Shown: positions 1 to 9,226 of the stretch, piece by piece | Position numbering within the stretch: position 1 is the stretch's first letter | Layout of the letters: each line of letters starts with the position of its first letter | Assembly: GCA_965263155.1 (NCBI GenBank) | Contig: OZ253586.1 | Span: forward strand, 2,499,171 to 2,531,170 | Length of the DNA stretch: 32,000 nt | Source of the DNA: Dehalococcoidia bacterium | GTDB taxonomy: Bacteria; Chloroflexota; Dehalococcoidia; Lucifugimonadales; JAAXIE01 | Direction: 5' to 3' | Made by a program: the position numbers and the translations under genes | Notes under the pieces: model-generated | Told to the model about the DNA's origin: nothing | Database searches by the model: none | The model's input: only the letters and a program-made list of their open reading frames with translations

Positions 1-312
1 TTCGGCGTCGCCCTTCCCTACGCCGTGAGCAAGGCCGGAATCATCCACCTGACCACAACGGCCGCAGCCCAATACACATCGCAGGGCATCCGTATCAACT
101 GCATCGCTCCAGGACCGACGGACACGCCACAGATGCGTGGCAGCACCGCCAGCTTGGAGGGGTTCCAAGCCAGCCAGCAAGCGCACCCAATGGGCCGCGT
201 CGGTCGCCCCGAGGAAATCGCCGCCGCCATACTGTTCCTAGCCTCCGACGAGGCTTCCTTCGTCAGCGGGAGCACCTTCATCGTGGACGGAGGACAGCGG
301 GCCTCAAGCTAG
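1..312 (+). CDS. Short-chain dehydrogenase/reductase (SDR), C-terminal part; 5' end lies outside the window
   Basis: The frame is open from nt 1. The translation FGVALPYAVSKAG... carries the SDR catalytic YxxxK (YAVSK), then IRINCIAPGP and the typical C-terminal FLASDEASFVSGSTFIVDGG. Stop TAG at 310-312. Confidence 0.9.
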   Translation, partial: FGVALPYAVSKAGIIHLTTTAAAQYTSQGIRINCIAPGPTDTPQMRGSTASLEGFQASQQAHPMGRVGRPEEIAAAILFLASDEASFVSGSTFIVDGGQRASS

Positions 313-327
313 GCCCGTCTCCAGCGC

Positions 328-570
328 ATGAGCAATTTAACGGAAATAGTGAACCGCGCCATTGCCGATTACGGCTTCCGGCAAGGTGTACTTTGGGGGG
401 CCACGGATGTGGCCCGCCAGTGGCAGTTAAGTCCCCAAGAACTGTCCGTACTGCAAGACACGCTCATACCTGCGCTGGAAGCCCTGCCCATACCGGTGGA
501 ACCTGCCGACATCCCAGCTGAGCAGGAGCGCTTCGCTGCCTTGGTGAGGGGCGCCGGGCTCGAGCCCTAG
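328..570 (+). CDS. Small hypothetical protein (80 aa), possibly NHLP/LigA-like helical domain
   Basis: ATG lies 16 nt after the SDR stop. The N-terminal pattern IVNRAIADYGFRQGVLWGATDVARQWQLSPQELSVLQD resembles the (A)xxDxxFRxxLxxDPxxALxxYxLSxEExxxL pattern of NHLP/LigA-type small proteins. No clear Shine-Dalgarno sequence. Confidence 0.5.
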   Translation: MSNLTEIVNRAIADYGFRQGVLWGATDVARQWQLSPQELSVLQDTLIPALEALPIPVEPADIPAEQERFAALVRGAGLEP

Positions 571-589
571 ACTAGCCTGCCCACTTAGC

Positions 590-1693
590 CTATAGCACGT
601 AGTGGGAGTGGGCCCGCGCGAAGTCTGGATCGTCGCGCCGGAAGCGGTCAGGCTGGCAGTTCTTGGCCAAGGCCAGATAGTACGTCAGTAGCTGCAGAGG
701 TAGCACGTACACGAAGGGACTCCAGATTTCTTGCACCGTTGGCAGGGTCATCGCCTCGTCGGCCAACGAGGCCAACTCCTCATCCCCCTCTTGCAGCAAC
801 GCCCACACTGGAGCGCCAATCTCCGCTGCGGCATGCGCGATCTCCACGGACCGGCGATAGCCCGGACCCGGCGGCGCGATCAGCGTCAGCAACGAGTTGG
901 ATGGGGTGGCGATGAACGGGCCGTGGAGCAGCTGCTCTACTTGGAACCCCTCGGTGGAAGAGAAGCTGGTCTCCTTGATTTTCAGTGAGACCTCCAAGGC
1001 TTGGGCGGCGTTGGGCCCCCAGCCAGTGAACAGGTAGCGGTCCCGGTCGCGGTAGCGCTCCACTAGCTCTGCCACCTCTTGTTGACGGTCCAGCACCCCT
1101 TGCATGAGTGAGGGCACGCGCTCCAGCTCAGCACGCGCTCCGCTGGCAACAGGAACATTCCCCATCAGCCCCAATTCAATGGCGATCTGCGCCATGACTG
1201 CCAGAGCAGCGGTATAGCTGACGGTGAAAGCAGCCGACTTCTCTTGCTCCACGGTCTGGAACTTTATGTCGGCAGGACCCAAACGAGGACCTGGGCTGGT
1301 GGAGCTGATGGCAACGGTCAGCGCGCCGCGAGCCTTGGCCACGTCCAGAGCCTCAAAGGAGTAGGTCTTGGTGCCGCGGTGGCTGATGATAATCACAGCG
1401 TCGTCGGGGCCCAAGCCGGGAGGCGGGTAGGCCACGAACTCGAAAGAGTGCCACGCTTGGGCCTCAGGATGGATGCCCGCCAACTGGCGGAACCAGTGTT
1501 CAGCAGTCAAGGCGGCGTGCCACGAGGTGCCGATGCCGACGAGGAAAAGGCGGCGTTTACCTGCCAGTTGTGTCGCTGCCTCTCGTGCACCAACGCTGTG
1601 ACTCTGCAGCATGGCCGCCACTGCCTCCGGCTGCTGGTGCACCGCATCGTACATGTAGTAGGGATGGGCTGTGCGAACATCGGGTTGTACCAT
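590..1693 (-). CDS. SIS-domain phosphosugar isomerase/deglycase-like protein (GlmS isomerase-domain / AgaS / FrlB type)
   Basis: The 398-aa ORF is trimmed to the ATG at 1693, which is preceded by AAGGAGG. HPYYMYDAVHQQPEAV matches the start of GlmS-type isomerase domains. LFLVGIGTSWHAA and IIISHRGTKT are SIS motifs, and the protein has two SIS halves. Confidence 0.8.
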   Translation of the reverse strand: MVQPDVRTAHPYYMYDAVHQQPEAVAAMLQSHSVGAREAATQLAGKRRLFLVGIGTSWHAALTAEHWFRQLAGIHPEAQAWHSFEFVAYPPPGLGPDDAVIIISHRGTKTYSFEALDVAKARGALTVAISSTSPGPRLGPADIKFQTVEQEKSAAFTVSYTAALAVMAQIAIELGLMGNVPVASGARAELERVPSLMQGVLDRQQEVAELVERYRDRDRYLFTGWGPNAAQALEVSLKIKETSFSSTEGFQVEQLLHGPFIATPSNSLLTLIAPPGPGYRRSVEIAHAAAEIGAPVWALLQEGDEELASLADEAMTLPTVQEIWSPFVYVLPLQLLTYYLALAKNCQPDRFRRDDPDFARAHSHYVL

Positions 1694-1835
1694 AGCTCGC
1701 CTCCTTGCCGTGCAGTATAACCCAATCTTCGACCGCCGCACTGGCATTGCCTGCCCGTGGCGGGTAAACTTCGGCGAGAACGCCATCTATGTCTGCACAC
1801 TGAACCTAGGGCAGAAAAGCACGAGAGGAGGCCCC

Positions 1836-2717
1836 ATGCCTAGCGCCGAGATAACCGCTTTCTGGGACAAGACCAAGGCTCAGTTGGACGAGGTGCCCAT
1901 CGACGCATCGGTAGAGAAGGTCGACTCCATGTCCGACCTGCACATCGTCACCCACCGCGTAATCATGAAAAGCTTCGGCCAGCAGCAGATACGTGGTTGG
2001 TTCACCGTACCGAACGGCAAGACGCCAGACCGTGGCTGGCCCGCGGTGATGGTTGTGCCGGGGTATGGGGGCACCTTGGTCCTGCCGGGCTTCCTAGCCC
2101 GCTTTGGCTATGCCACCCTTAGCCTCTTCCCACGTTCCCAAGGCGAGAGCTTGGAGGAGTGGCAGATTGAGCATGATACCCGCGTCACCTACAACCTGAC
2201 CGACAAAAACGAATACTACTACCGCGCAGCCTACATGGACTGCGTACGCGGTCTCGATTTCCTCAGCAGCCGCCCCGAAGCCGACGACGATCGGCTCGCG
2301 GTCTGGGGTTCCAGCCAAGGCGGAGGGTTGGCGTTGGCCACATGCAGCCTCGACAACCGCCCCAAGGCTGGCGTAGCGGGTGTGCCTTGGCTGTGCAACT
2401 TCCCTGTGGCCGCGGAGGTAACCGCCAACCCTTACATCGAGCTCAACACCTGGCTTGCCAATCATCCCGATGAGCGGGCCAAGGCGATGGACACCCTTAC
2501 CTACTTCGACCAACTCAGCTTGGCCGACGGCATCGACTGCCCCGTCATCGTCAGCTGCGCAGTCATCGATGAGGTACACCCGTATCGCACGGTTATGCCG
2601 GTGTTCGAGAAAATCAAGAGCCTGAAGTCAGTGGTGGTCTACCCCGACACCGAGTTGGCCCACGGCGTTGACTTTGGCATCCACGGCCTCGACTGGCTGA
2701 AGAAGTACGTCTGCTAA
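1836..2717 (+). CDS. Alpha/beta hydrolase, acetyl-xylan esterase / cephalosporin-C deacetylase (AXE1/CE7)-like
   Basis: ATG at 1836 follows GAGGAG. The N-terminus ITAFWDKTKAQLDEVPID, the RSQGES motif and the nucleophile elbow GSSQGG are typical of CE7 esterases. The stop overlaps the convergent Lhr stop. Confidence 0.8.
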   Translation: MPSAEITAFWDKTKAQLDEVPIDASVEKVDSMSDLHIVTHRVIMKSFGQQQIRGWFTVPNGKTPDRGWPAVMVVPGYGGTLVLPGFLARFGYATLSLFPRSQGESLEEWQIEHDTRVTYNLTDKNEYYYRAAYMDCVRGLDFLSSRPEADDDRLAVWGSSQGGGLALATCSLDNRPKAGVAGVPWLCNFPVAAEVTANPYIELNTWLANHPDERAKAMDTLTYFDQLSLADGIDCPVIVSCAVIDEVHPYRTVMPVFEKIKSLKSVVVYPDTELAHGVDFGIHGLDWLKKYVC

Positions 2718-5700
2718 CGCAGGGTGCCCTTGAGTCTCTTATGCCCGTTTTGCAACGAGACGGCCAAGGCTTGCCGGGCCTCGGCACTGGGGGTTGGCTC
2801 AGAGGGCAGCAGAGACTGCACTTCCTTGCCGACGCGGGCTGCCACCGCAACGCCGTCGCAGTAGACTACCCGATTACTGGCGATGGCGGGAACCCTTTGG
2901 TCTGGGCTGGTGATGCCCGCCAAGTTCAGGGGATCGGCAGCGCTGATGACTATGTGCATTCCGTCGACCGCAGAGCGCCGCGCTGCCCGCACCTGCTGTA
3001 CCGCATCGGGCAGGGCATACTGCTCGCCAGAAAAACCCGCCACGAACCGCCCGCCGCGCACTTCGCCACGGGCCTCCAGCCTGCGGTACACCTTCAGCAG
3101 TTCGCGGTAGGGGGGCAGCCCCTCTTCGCGCAGCAACAGCCGGTGGAAAACGACGCCGTAGCGGGCCAGCAGTTGCCTCGCCACGCCTTCCACCGCCCTG
3201 TCCTTCCTGCCCGTACCGTTCCCTTCTAGGCCATCTATGTCATCAAGGTCCTGCTGGAACAGGGACCACCTGCCGGGCGCAGCCCGGCTGGGCTGGAAGG
3301 CGCGGGAGTAGCTGCCCGGCACCCTGCCATTGCCCCTAGCAGTACGATCACGCGAGGGCTTGAGCAGACCGCGCAGCCCCTCGAACCCGTCACCGGTCAC
3401 CAAGCCCTGCGCCACCAGTTCTCCCAAAGCCTTCTCTACTTGGGCGGGGAGGCGGCCCGTGTGGCGCGCCAAGTCCTGCAGGAAGCTGGCCCCGCGCTGG
3501 GTCAGGTGGTCCAACACCTGCTTGGCGGCAGCCGACAAACGGGGCCCCGCGGCTTCATCGAGGACAGGGGCATAGCAGGACAGCTTCTCCCGAAACATCA
3601 GGGTCACAGGGACCGAGCCGATGAGGCCACTCGAGCGTCCTTCGGGGTTGGATGACGGGAGCAGCCTGCCCCAAGCGAGCTCGCCCGACAGGCACAGGTG
3701 GTCCAGCCACGCCGGGTCGTAGCGCCTGAGGCGCGCCTGCAATACCTGCCACTCCCAAGCAGCCGCGGGCAGGTGGGAGCCTTGCAACTGCTCCAGCACC
3801 GCAACCAGCCCTAACGGACCTTCCAGCTGGTGATCGGGGTGGGCATGCTGCCACACGAACAGGAAGCGCATGAAATCGGCGGCCGACACTGGCTCGATTT
3901 GCTGGCGCAGTCGGTCTAGGGTATAGCGCTGGATGCGAGCCAGCAGCCGACGGTCGCAGAACTCGGTAGCGCCGCGCCCTGCAAAGCGGCCCCGTATCAC
4001 CGATCCGTTCCGCTCCAAGGCCAAGAGGGCCACCGACACCTCGCCTTCGTCTACGCCCAACGGCCCAGCGATATCGGCTGCGGTGACCGGTCCCAAACCT
4101 TCCAGCCTAGCCCGCACCAGCTCAACCAGCGCCTCGTCACGCTGATAGGGGCAACCTGCCCCTTCCGGTATGGCCCGGGGCATGGGCTCCATCGGTGCAC
4201 TGGAGAACAGCACTCGCACCAGCGCGGCCCGCTCGGCAGCGAACCAGAAGGGTTGGCCAGTCTCGGCTATACGCCCTACCCTTCCTTGGGCTACCAGCGA
4301 GGGCAGGTGGCTCTGCCACGGCACCATCTCCACCTCGGTGACGAATCCCAGCAGCAATAGAGCATCGTGCAGCTCGTCGTCGTCCTCTACCGCGGGCCAA
4401 GCCTCCTCGCGGACTCGTAGGATGGCCTCTGGGTCCAGATCGGCCATGCCGTCGGCGGGTTGGACATCCAGAGTGCGTCGGGTGAGCACTGCTTGGGTGC
4501 GCCTCTCCTCCAGCGGCGCGTCGTCCAGAAAGGCGTATGGCTTGACGTTGAGTATCTCATGGCAGAAGGGAGACGGCTCCAAGGTGTCGCAGGCCACCAG
4601 TTTCAGCTTGCCGGCTTCCATGCTCTGTAGCAGGGCACGAAAGCCGTCAATATCCATGGCTTCAGTCAGGCAGTCCTTCACGGTCTGCTGCACCAACGGG
4701 TGATCGGGTAACTTCACGTCGCCTGCCAAGTTTTCCGGGCAAGCCATTTGGTCGGGGAACACCGATGTCAGCAGATCGTCGGAGCGCATCCGCAGCAACG
4801 GATGGGGTACCCTCCGGCTGCCCTCTTGTCTAAGGATGGCAAGGGCCCGCATGGCGTTCCACCGCCAGCGGGTGGCGAACATGGGGGCCGCTAGCAGTGC
4901 CTGCACCAATACTGGCTCGACGGTTGGCTCGCGCAGGTATGAGAACACCTCGTCCAGCGGGAAACTGTGCTGTGGCCCCAGTGACAGCACTATCGCATCC
5001 TCGTTGGCCGCCGCTTGCAATTCGAAATTGAAGGTGCGACAGAAGCGCTTGCGCAGGGCCAGCCCCCACGCCCGATTGATCCGGCCGCCAAAGGGCGAGT
5101 GAACCACCAACTGCATCCCGCCCGCCTCGTCGTTGAACCGCTCCAGCACAATCGTGTTCTGGCTCGGAATCACGCCTAGTGCCTTCTTCTCCGCAGCCAA
5201 GTATTCCGACAACTGTTCAGCTGCCGAGAGAGTGAGGCCGCCCTCCTCGACCAGCCAGCCAACGGTGCCGCGTCCCTCCTCTAGGAGGGCATCGACTTGC
5301 TCACGGAGTCGAGAGACGGCTGACGACAGCTCGGCGGTGCGCGCAGGGGCCTCGCCCAACCAGAAAGGGATGGTGGGTGGCAGCCCGTGGGCGTCTTCCA
5401 CCCGCACTACACCCGACTCCACACGCAGGATGCGCCAAGACGATATGCCCAACTGAAAGATGTCCCCCGGCATGCTCTCGATGGCAAAATCCTCGTTCAG
5501 TGTACCCACTAGAGTGCCTTGGGGTTCCAGCACCACCGTGTAGTCGGCGTTGTCAGGAATGGCCCCCCCGGAGGTCTGCGCGGCCATACTGGCACCACGC
5601 CGACCCTTGATGCGCTTGCCCACGCCGTCGTAGAAGATGCGCGCACCACCCCGGCCATTGCGCGTGGCGTATCCCTCAGCCAGCATGGTTACGACTTGGT

Positions 5701-7069
5701 CAAACTCGCTTCTCTCCAAGTTGCGGTAGGGGTGCGCGCCACGGAACAACTGAAAGAGATCATCAGCCTGCCACTCCTGTTGAGCGGCGGATGCCACTAT
5801 TTGCTGAGCGAGGATATCCAAGGGTTTTTCGGGGATGGAGAGGCGGTCCAAATCGCCCTGTCGCACACACGCGAGGAGCGCGGAGCACTCCACCAACTCG
5901 TCACGAGTCAGAGCGAACAGTTTCCCCTTGGGGGTCGCCTGCATAGTGTGGCCCGAACGTCCCACTCGTTGCAGGAAAGAACTGATGGACCTTGGCGACC
6001 CAATCTGGCATACGAGGTCCACGGTGCCGATATCGATGCCCAACTCCAAGGACGCCGTCGCCACAAGTGCCCGCAATTCGCCTGCCTTCAGTTTCTGCTC
6101 CGCCGACAGGCGCTGCTCTCGCGACAGGCTCCCGTGATGGGAGGTTACGAGTGCCTCACCAATCCTGCGCGCCAAATGGAACGTCAGACGCTCAGCGAGG
6201 CGTCGCGTATTGACGAACACCAGAGTGGTGCGCTGCTCCTCAATTAGCTGAGCAATGCGGTCGTATATGTCCTCCCAGGTTTCGTTGGAACACACCGAGG
6301 CCAGAGGCGTGCCCGGCAGTTCTATGGACAGCTCCATGTGGCGGCGGTGTCCCTCATCCACGATATGGCAGTATGGTGTGCCATTGTCGTCTTGGTTGTC
6401 GGCTCCCACGAGAAATCGGGCCAATTCCTCAATGGGACGCTGGGTGGCCGAAAGCCCGATGCGCACTGCTGGGCTGTCAGTCAGGGCGTCTAGGCGCTGC
6501 AGGCTGAGAGCGAGATGTGAGCCCCGCTTGTCCCGCGCCACGGCGTGAATCTCGTCCACGATCACCGTCTTCACCGTGCGCAGCATTGACCTGCCCTTGC
6601 CCGAGGTGAGCAGGATGAACAGGGACTCAGGGGTTGTGACCAGAATGTGCGGCGGTTTGCGGGCCATGCTCTGGCGCTGTGACTGCGGGGTGTCGCCGGT
6701 CCGCACCATGACGCGCACCTCCGGCGGCTCGTGGCCCCCTTCCCACAGCACGGCACTGATGCCCTCCAAAGGCTCGGCCAAGTTCTTCTGTACGTCGTTG
6801 CTCAGCGACTTCAGCGGCGAGATGTAGAGCACCTGGGTCTGGTCGGGCAGGCCGTCTTCCAGCCCTTGGCGCATCAGGTCATCTATACAGCACAGGAAGG
6901 CCGCCAGAGTCTTGCCTGAGCCAGTGGGCGCAGCAATAAGTGTGTTCCGGCCCGACCGGATGGCAGGCCAGCCTCGCACCTGCGGTAGTGACGGCGAGTC
7001 GAAAGTGGCCCCGAACCACTGGGCTACAGCCGGATGGAACTGTTCAAGCGGTTTCTGACTGAGAGACAT
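2714..7069 (-). CDS. lhr: ATP-dependent helicase Lhr (long form, about 1450 aa)
   Basis: FHPAVAQWF...QVRGWPAIRSGRNTLIAAPTGSGKTLAAFL (motif I), VIVDEIHA (motif II, DEIH) and GLSATQ (motif III), followed by a long Lhr-type C-terminal extension. The ORF opens at a TTG (7108); I prefer the first ATG at 7069 (MSLSQKPLEQFHP). Confidence 0.9.
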   Translation of the reverse strand: MSLSQKPLEQFHPAVAQWFGATFDSPSLPQVRGWPAIRSGRNTLIAAPTGSGKTLAAFLCCIDDLMRQGLEDGLPDQTQVLYISPLKSLSNDVQKNLAEPLEGISAVLWEGGHEPPEVRVMVRTGDTPQSQRQSMARKPPHILVTTPESLFILLTSGKGRSMLRTVKTVIVDEIHAVARDKRGSHLALSLQRLDALTDSPAVRIGLSATQRPIEELARFLVGADNQDDNGTPYCHIVDEGHRRHMELSIELPGTPLASVCSNETWEDIYDRIAQLIEEQRTTLVFVNTRRLAERLTFHLARRIGEALVTSHHGSLSREQRLSAEQKLKAGELRALVATASLELGIDIGTVDLVCQIGSPRSISSFLQRVGRSGHTMQATPKGKLFALTRDELVECSALLACVRQGDLDRLSIPEKPLDILAQQIVASAAQQEWQADDLFQLFRGAHPYRNLERSEFDQVVTMLAEGYATRNGRGGARIFYDGVGKRIKGRRGASMAAQTSGGAIPDNADYTVVLEPQGTLVGTLNEDFAIESMPGDIFQLGISSWRILRVESGVVRVEDAHGLPPTIPFWLGEAPARTAELSSAVSRLREQVDALLEEGRGTVGWLVEEGGLTLSAAEQLSEYLAAEKKALGVIPSQNTIVLERFNDEAGGMQLVVHSPFGGRINRAWGLALRKRFCRTFNFELQAAANEDAIVLSLGPQHSFPLDEVFSYLREPTVEPVLVQALLAAPMFATRWRWNAMRALAILRQEGSRRVPHPLLRMRSDDLLTSVFPDQMACPENLAGDVKLPDHPLVQQTVKDCLTEAMDIDGFRALLQSMEAGKLKLVACDTLEPSPFCHEILNVKPYAFLDDAPLEERRTQAVLTRRTLDVQPADGMADLDPEAILRVREEAWPAVEDDDELHDALLLLGFVTEVEMVPWQSHLPSLVAQGRVGRIAETGQPFWFAAERAALVRVLFSSAPMEPMPRAIPEGAGCPYQRDEALVELVRARLEGLGPVTAADIAGPLGVDEGEVSVALLALERNGSVIRGRFAGRGATEFCDRRLLARIQRYTLDRLRQQIEPVSAADFMRFLFVWQHAHPDHQLEGPLGLVAVLEQLQGSHLPAAAWEWQVLQARLRRYDPAWLDHLCLSGELAWGRLLPSSNPEGRSSGLIGSVPVTLMFREKLSCYAPVLDEAAGPRLSAAAKQVLDHLTQRGASFLQDLARHTGRLPAQVEKALGELVAQGLVTGDGFEGLRGLLKPSRDRTARGNGRVPGSYSRAFQPSRAAPGRWSLFQQDLDDIDGLEGNGTGRKDRAVEGVARQLLARYGVVFHRLLLREEGLPPYRELLKVYRRLEARGEVRGGRFVAGFSGEQYALPDAVQQVRAARRSAVDGMHIVISAADPLNLAGITSPDQRVPAIASNRVVYCDGVAVAARVGKEVQSLLPSEPTPSAEARQALAVSLQNGHKRLKGTLR

Positions 7070-7223
7070 GTCGCCAGCGAGTGTACTTGGCACAACCCCT
7101 GCCCGCAACGAGAAAATGCGATGTCTGCGGACGTACCCCGGACCCGCTTAGTCTTCCAAGTCAGTCAATTGCCGCGTGGTCGGCTTGAAGCCCCAGCCCA
7201 CATTTGCTAAAGTAAGGCTCCAC

Positions 7224-7299
7224 GGGGCTGTAGCTCAGCTGGGAGAGCGCTTCAATGGCATTGAAGAGGTAGGGGGTTCGAGTCCCCCCAGCTCCACCA
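7224..7299 (+). tRNA. tRNA-Ala (anticodon GGC), CCA encoded
   Basis: GGGGCTGTAGCTCAGCTGGGAGAGCGCTTCAATGGCATTGAAGAGGTAGGGGGTTCGAGTCCCCCCAGCTCCACCA. The cloverleaf folds by eye: acceptor GGGGCTG/CAGCTCC with the G3:U70 alanine identity pair, anticodon loop AT-GGC-AT, T arm GGGGG-TTCGAGT-CCCCC. Confidence 0.95.
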
Positions 7300-7786
7300 A
7301 ACTGGGGCGAGTTGCGGTCGTCATCTGATATACTTCCGACTAGTAGGAGTATACCCAACGCCATGCCGGTATGCTCCGCACCAACTCAGTTGGAGTGTAG
7401 CGACATGTCGCTTCAGGCCATCTACTAGTAATTCTGATCGTCCTTCTTGGCTCGCTGGTTGCCGCCCGCCAGGGAACCTCGACGCAGGAGGCCCGAGATG
7501 GTCACGACGTGTTTCACTGAATGATTAGCGCCTTCCAGGACCCTGATATAATGCAGCAGGTGCACGATATACACCACGAAGTTCATTCCATTTTCGAGGC
7601 CGAAATCGCCAAGCTCAGCGGTCTCCAGAAGGTTTCTTCAACTGGAGGGAAAATGGACAGCGAGTTTGATGGCCAGGACCGGATGGCCCTGCGGGCTGCG
7701 TGGAAGTTGCAAGGGATACTGGCTCTTCGCCACCGCGGACGGGTACATCATCTCCATCCAATAATCACTATTTTGAAAGGGGGTTC

Positions 7787-8815
7787 GTGCAACTCCGCAA
7801 ACTATCCAAGGGGCTGAAGGCCTCGTACTATGGGTCGGAGGTCGCCAGTCGCGTGCAACACTTCAATGGATGGAGCGACAGAGCGCTTGCACGGGATGTC
7901 GGCGCGACAGGCTACGACCATACCGAAACCGTCAAGGAATACTACGACCTTTGCGGCGAGTTCATGTTGCTCTCCTGGGGCGAATCCCTGCACTTCGCGC
8001 CGCTATCGCCGCAGGAGAGCCTGGAGGACTCCAAGACCCGGCATCAGCGACTGATGATCGCCAAGCTGGAGTTGCGCGAGGGGATGAGGGTGGTCGATAT
8101 TGGTTGCGGGATCGGCGGGCCGATGCGGCGTGTCGTCCGGGACGCCGGTGTGAGGGTCGTAGGGGTCAACAGCAACGAAATCCAGATCGGCCATGCGAAA
8201 TCGTTGAACGCCGAGGCGGGGCTCGACCACATGGTCGGCTACGTTGCGTGCAGCTTCATGAACATGAGCGCCATCGCGGACGACACATTCGACCGCGGTT
8301 ACGCGATCGAATCGACGTGTCATGCGCCGGACAAGGCGGGCGCGTTCGCCGAGATTTACCGTGTGCTGAAACCCGGAGCCCTTTTCTGGGGGCAGGAAAT
8401 GTGCATGACGGACAAGTTCGATCCCAGTGACAATCGGCACCGGGCCATGAAGCAGCAACTGATGCGGGGCATCGCGCTCCAGGATATCGCAACGATGGGA
8501 GAGGTGAACCGGGCGGTCGAAACGGCGGGGTTTCAGATCATCGAGGGAATGGACCGGGCGGTGGAGGAGAACGGTCCGACCACGCCATGGTATCGGGCCA
8601 TAGAGACCCAGCAAAGAAGGCTGGCCACTGGCCTTCCGTTGGGCCGCAAGGCGCTCTTCGGGGCATCCAGGCTGGCCGAGGTGTTTGGGGTGTTCCCGAA
8701 GGGCTCGACGGGCGTCGTCAGGCTGCTGGACTTGGCGGCCAACGCCATTGTGGCGGGCGGCAGGGCCGGGATCTTCACGCCGTTGTACTGTTTCCTGGCT
8801 CGTAAACCTCTTTGA
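7787..8815 (+). CDS. Sterol 24-C-methyltransferase (ERG6/SMT1) family SAM-dependent methyltransferase
   Basis: Collinear by eye with yeast ERG6 over the whole length. Matches are WGESLHFAP (region I), VVDIGCGIGGP (SAM motif I, 8090-8122), YAIESTCHAP vs YAIEATCHAP (8300-8329), EIYRVLKPG, MTDKFDPSDNRHR vs MTDKYDENNPEHR, PWY, and the C-terminal AIVAGGRAGIFTPLYCFLARKP vs GLVAGGKSKLFTPMMLFVARKP. The ORF opens at 7700; I prefer the GTG at 7787, which lies 3 nt after GAAAGGGGG. Confidence 0.85.
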   Translation: MQLRKLSKGLKASYYGSEVASRVQHFNGWSDRALARDVGATGYDHTETVKEYYDLCGEFMLLSWGESLHFAPLSPQESLEDSKTRHQRLMIAKLELREGMRVVDIGCGIGGPMRRVVRDAGVRVVGVNSNEIQIGHAKSLNAEAGLDHMVGYVACSFMNMSAIADDTFDRGYAIESTCHAPDKAGAFAEIYRVLKPGALFWGQEMCMTDKFDPSDNRHRAMKQQLMRGIALQDIATMGEVNRAVETAGFQIIEGMDRAVEENGPTTPWYRAIETQQRRLATGLPLGRKALFGASRLAEVFGVFPKGSTGVVRLLDLAANAIVAGGRAGIFTPLYCFLARKPL

Positions 8816-8838
8816 CAAGCCTCGGAGGAGAGGTTTTT
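8804..8838 (+). terminator. Weak candidate intrinsic terminator after the methyltransferase
   Basis: AAACCTCT (8804-8811) pairs with AGAGGTTT (8829-8836) and is followed by T-rich TTTTCC. The loop is 17 nt, which is long for a terminator. Confidence 0.25.
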
Positions 8839-8990
8839 CCGATGACCAGACCTGTCTTCTCGGATGCTCAGTATCGATGATTGTGGCCGGAGTGCATCTC
8901 CCTGTTGGTGAAAGGAAGTGCGCCCGGCCATGCTTGGGCGAGCACTTGCGCCTATTTAGGGTGGCGTGCCCATTTCCTTACATATTTGGA

Positions 8991-9123
8991 CCTCCCACCG
9001 AAAAGTTCGCAGTACAGTATGCTCCGGCCCACCTGAGAAGGCTCGAACCGATCATTCGGGCCGACTTGGGACACCCAACCACATCTCGAAGATGGTACCA
9101 CCTACCATCCACTTAGGCCCACC
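8991..9123. repeat. Intergenic repeat family, copy A (longest)
   Basis: CCTCCCACCGAAAAGTTCGCAGT...GGCCCACC...ACACCCAACCACATCTCGAAGATGGT...TTAGGCCCACC. The 5' part recurs at 9439 and the 3' part at 12614. Confidence 0.8.
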
Positions 9124-9226
9124 ATGACGTAGTGAACTCCGCCGCTCAAAGCGACCTCAGCGTTGTCCAGAGCGCCATTCTCTACAAAGACGTGTGTTAC
9201 ACCATCCCCGACGTAGGGAACACAGC

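Noticed and set aside
2741-6919. Many plus-strand and alternative-frame ORFs inside lhr (e.g. 2741..3229, 4170..4703, 5519..6247)
   Set aside because: All lie within the 1450-aa Lhr frame, which has helicase motifs I-III. They are GC-rich shadow ORFs.
2714-7069. Large helicase as a phage-defence component (DruE / Hachiman / DISARM-like)
   Set aside because: The N-terminal motifs and overall length match canonical Lhr. The neighbours are an esterase and a tRNA, with no defence partner genes.
7161-7364. 67-aa minus-strand ORF
   Set aside because: It overlaps tRNA-Ala completely, so it is an artefact.
7380-7817. 98-aa plus ORF (7521..7817) and a 53-codon minus ORF (about 7426-7587, MNFVVYIVHLLHYIRVLEG...) in the AT-richer spacer after the tRNA
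   Set aside because: Neither has a recognisable motif or a good ribosome-binding site, they overlap each other on opposite strands, and the plus ORF runs into the SMT start. They are left unannotated.
8003-8818. 271-aa minus-strand ORF (plus 7870..8430 and other ORFs) overlapping the methyltransferase gene
   Set aside because: It is antisense or out of frame to a gene with end-to-end ERG6-like homology. The product is Arg/Pro-rich, typical of shadow ORFs in GC-rich DNA.
9041-9050. GGCTCGAACC in repeat copy A, resembling a tRNA T-arm (GGTTCGAGCC on the other strand)
   Set aside because: The flanking bases cannot form a T stem or an acceptor stem, and the two GGCCCACC motifs are direct rather than complementary. 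It is not a tRNA or tRNA fragment that I can support.
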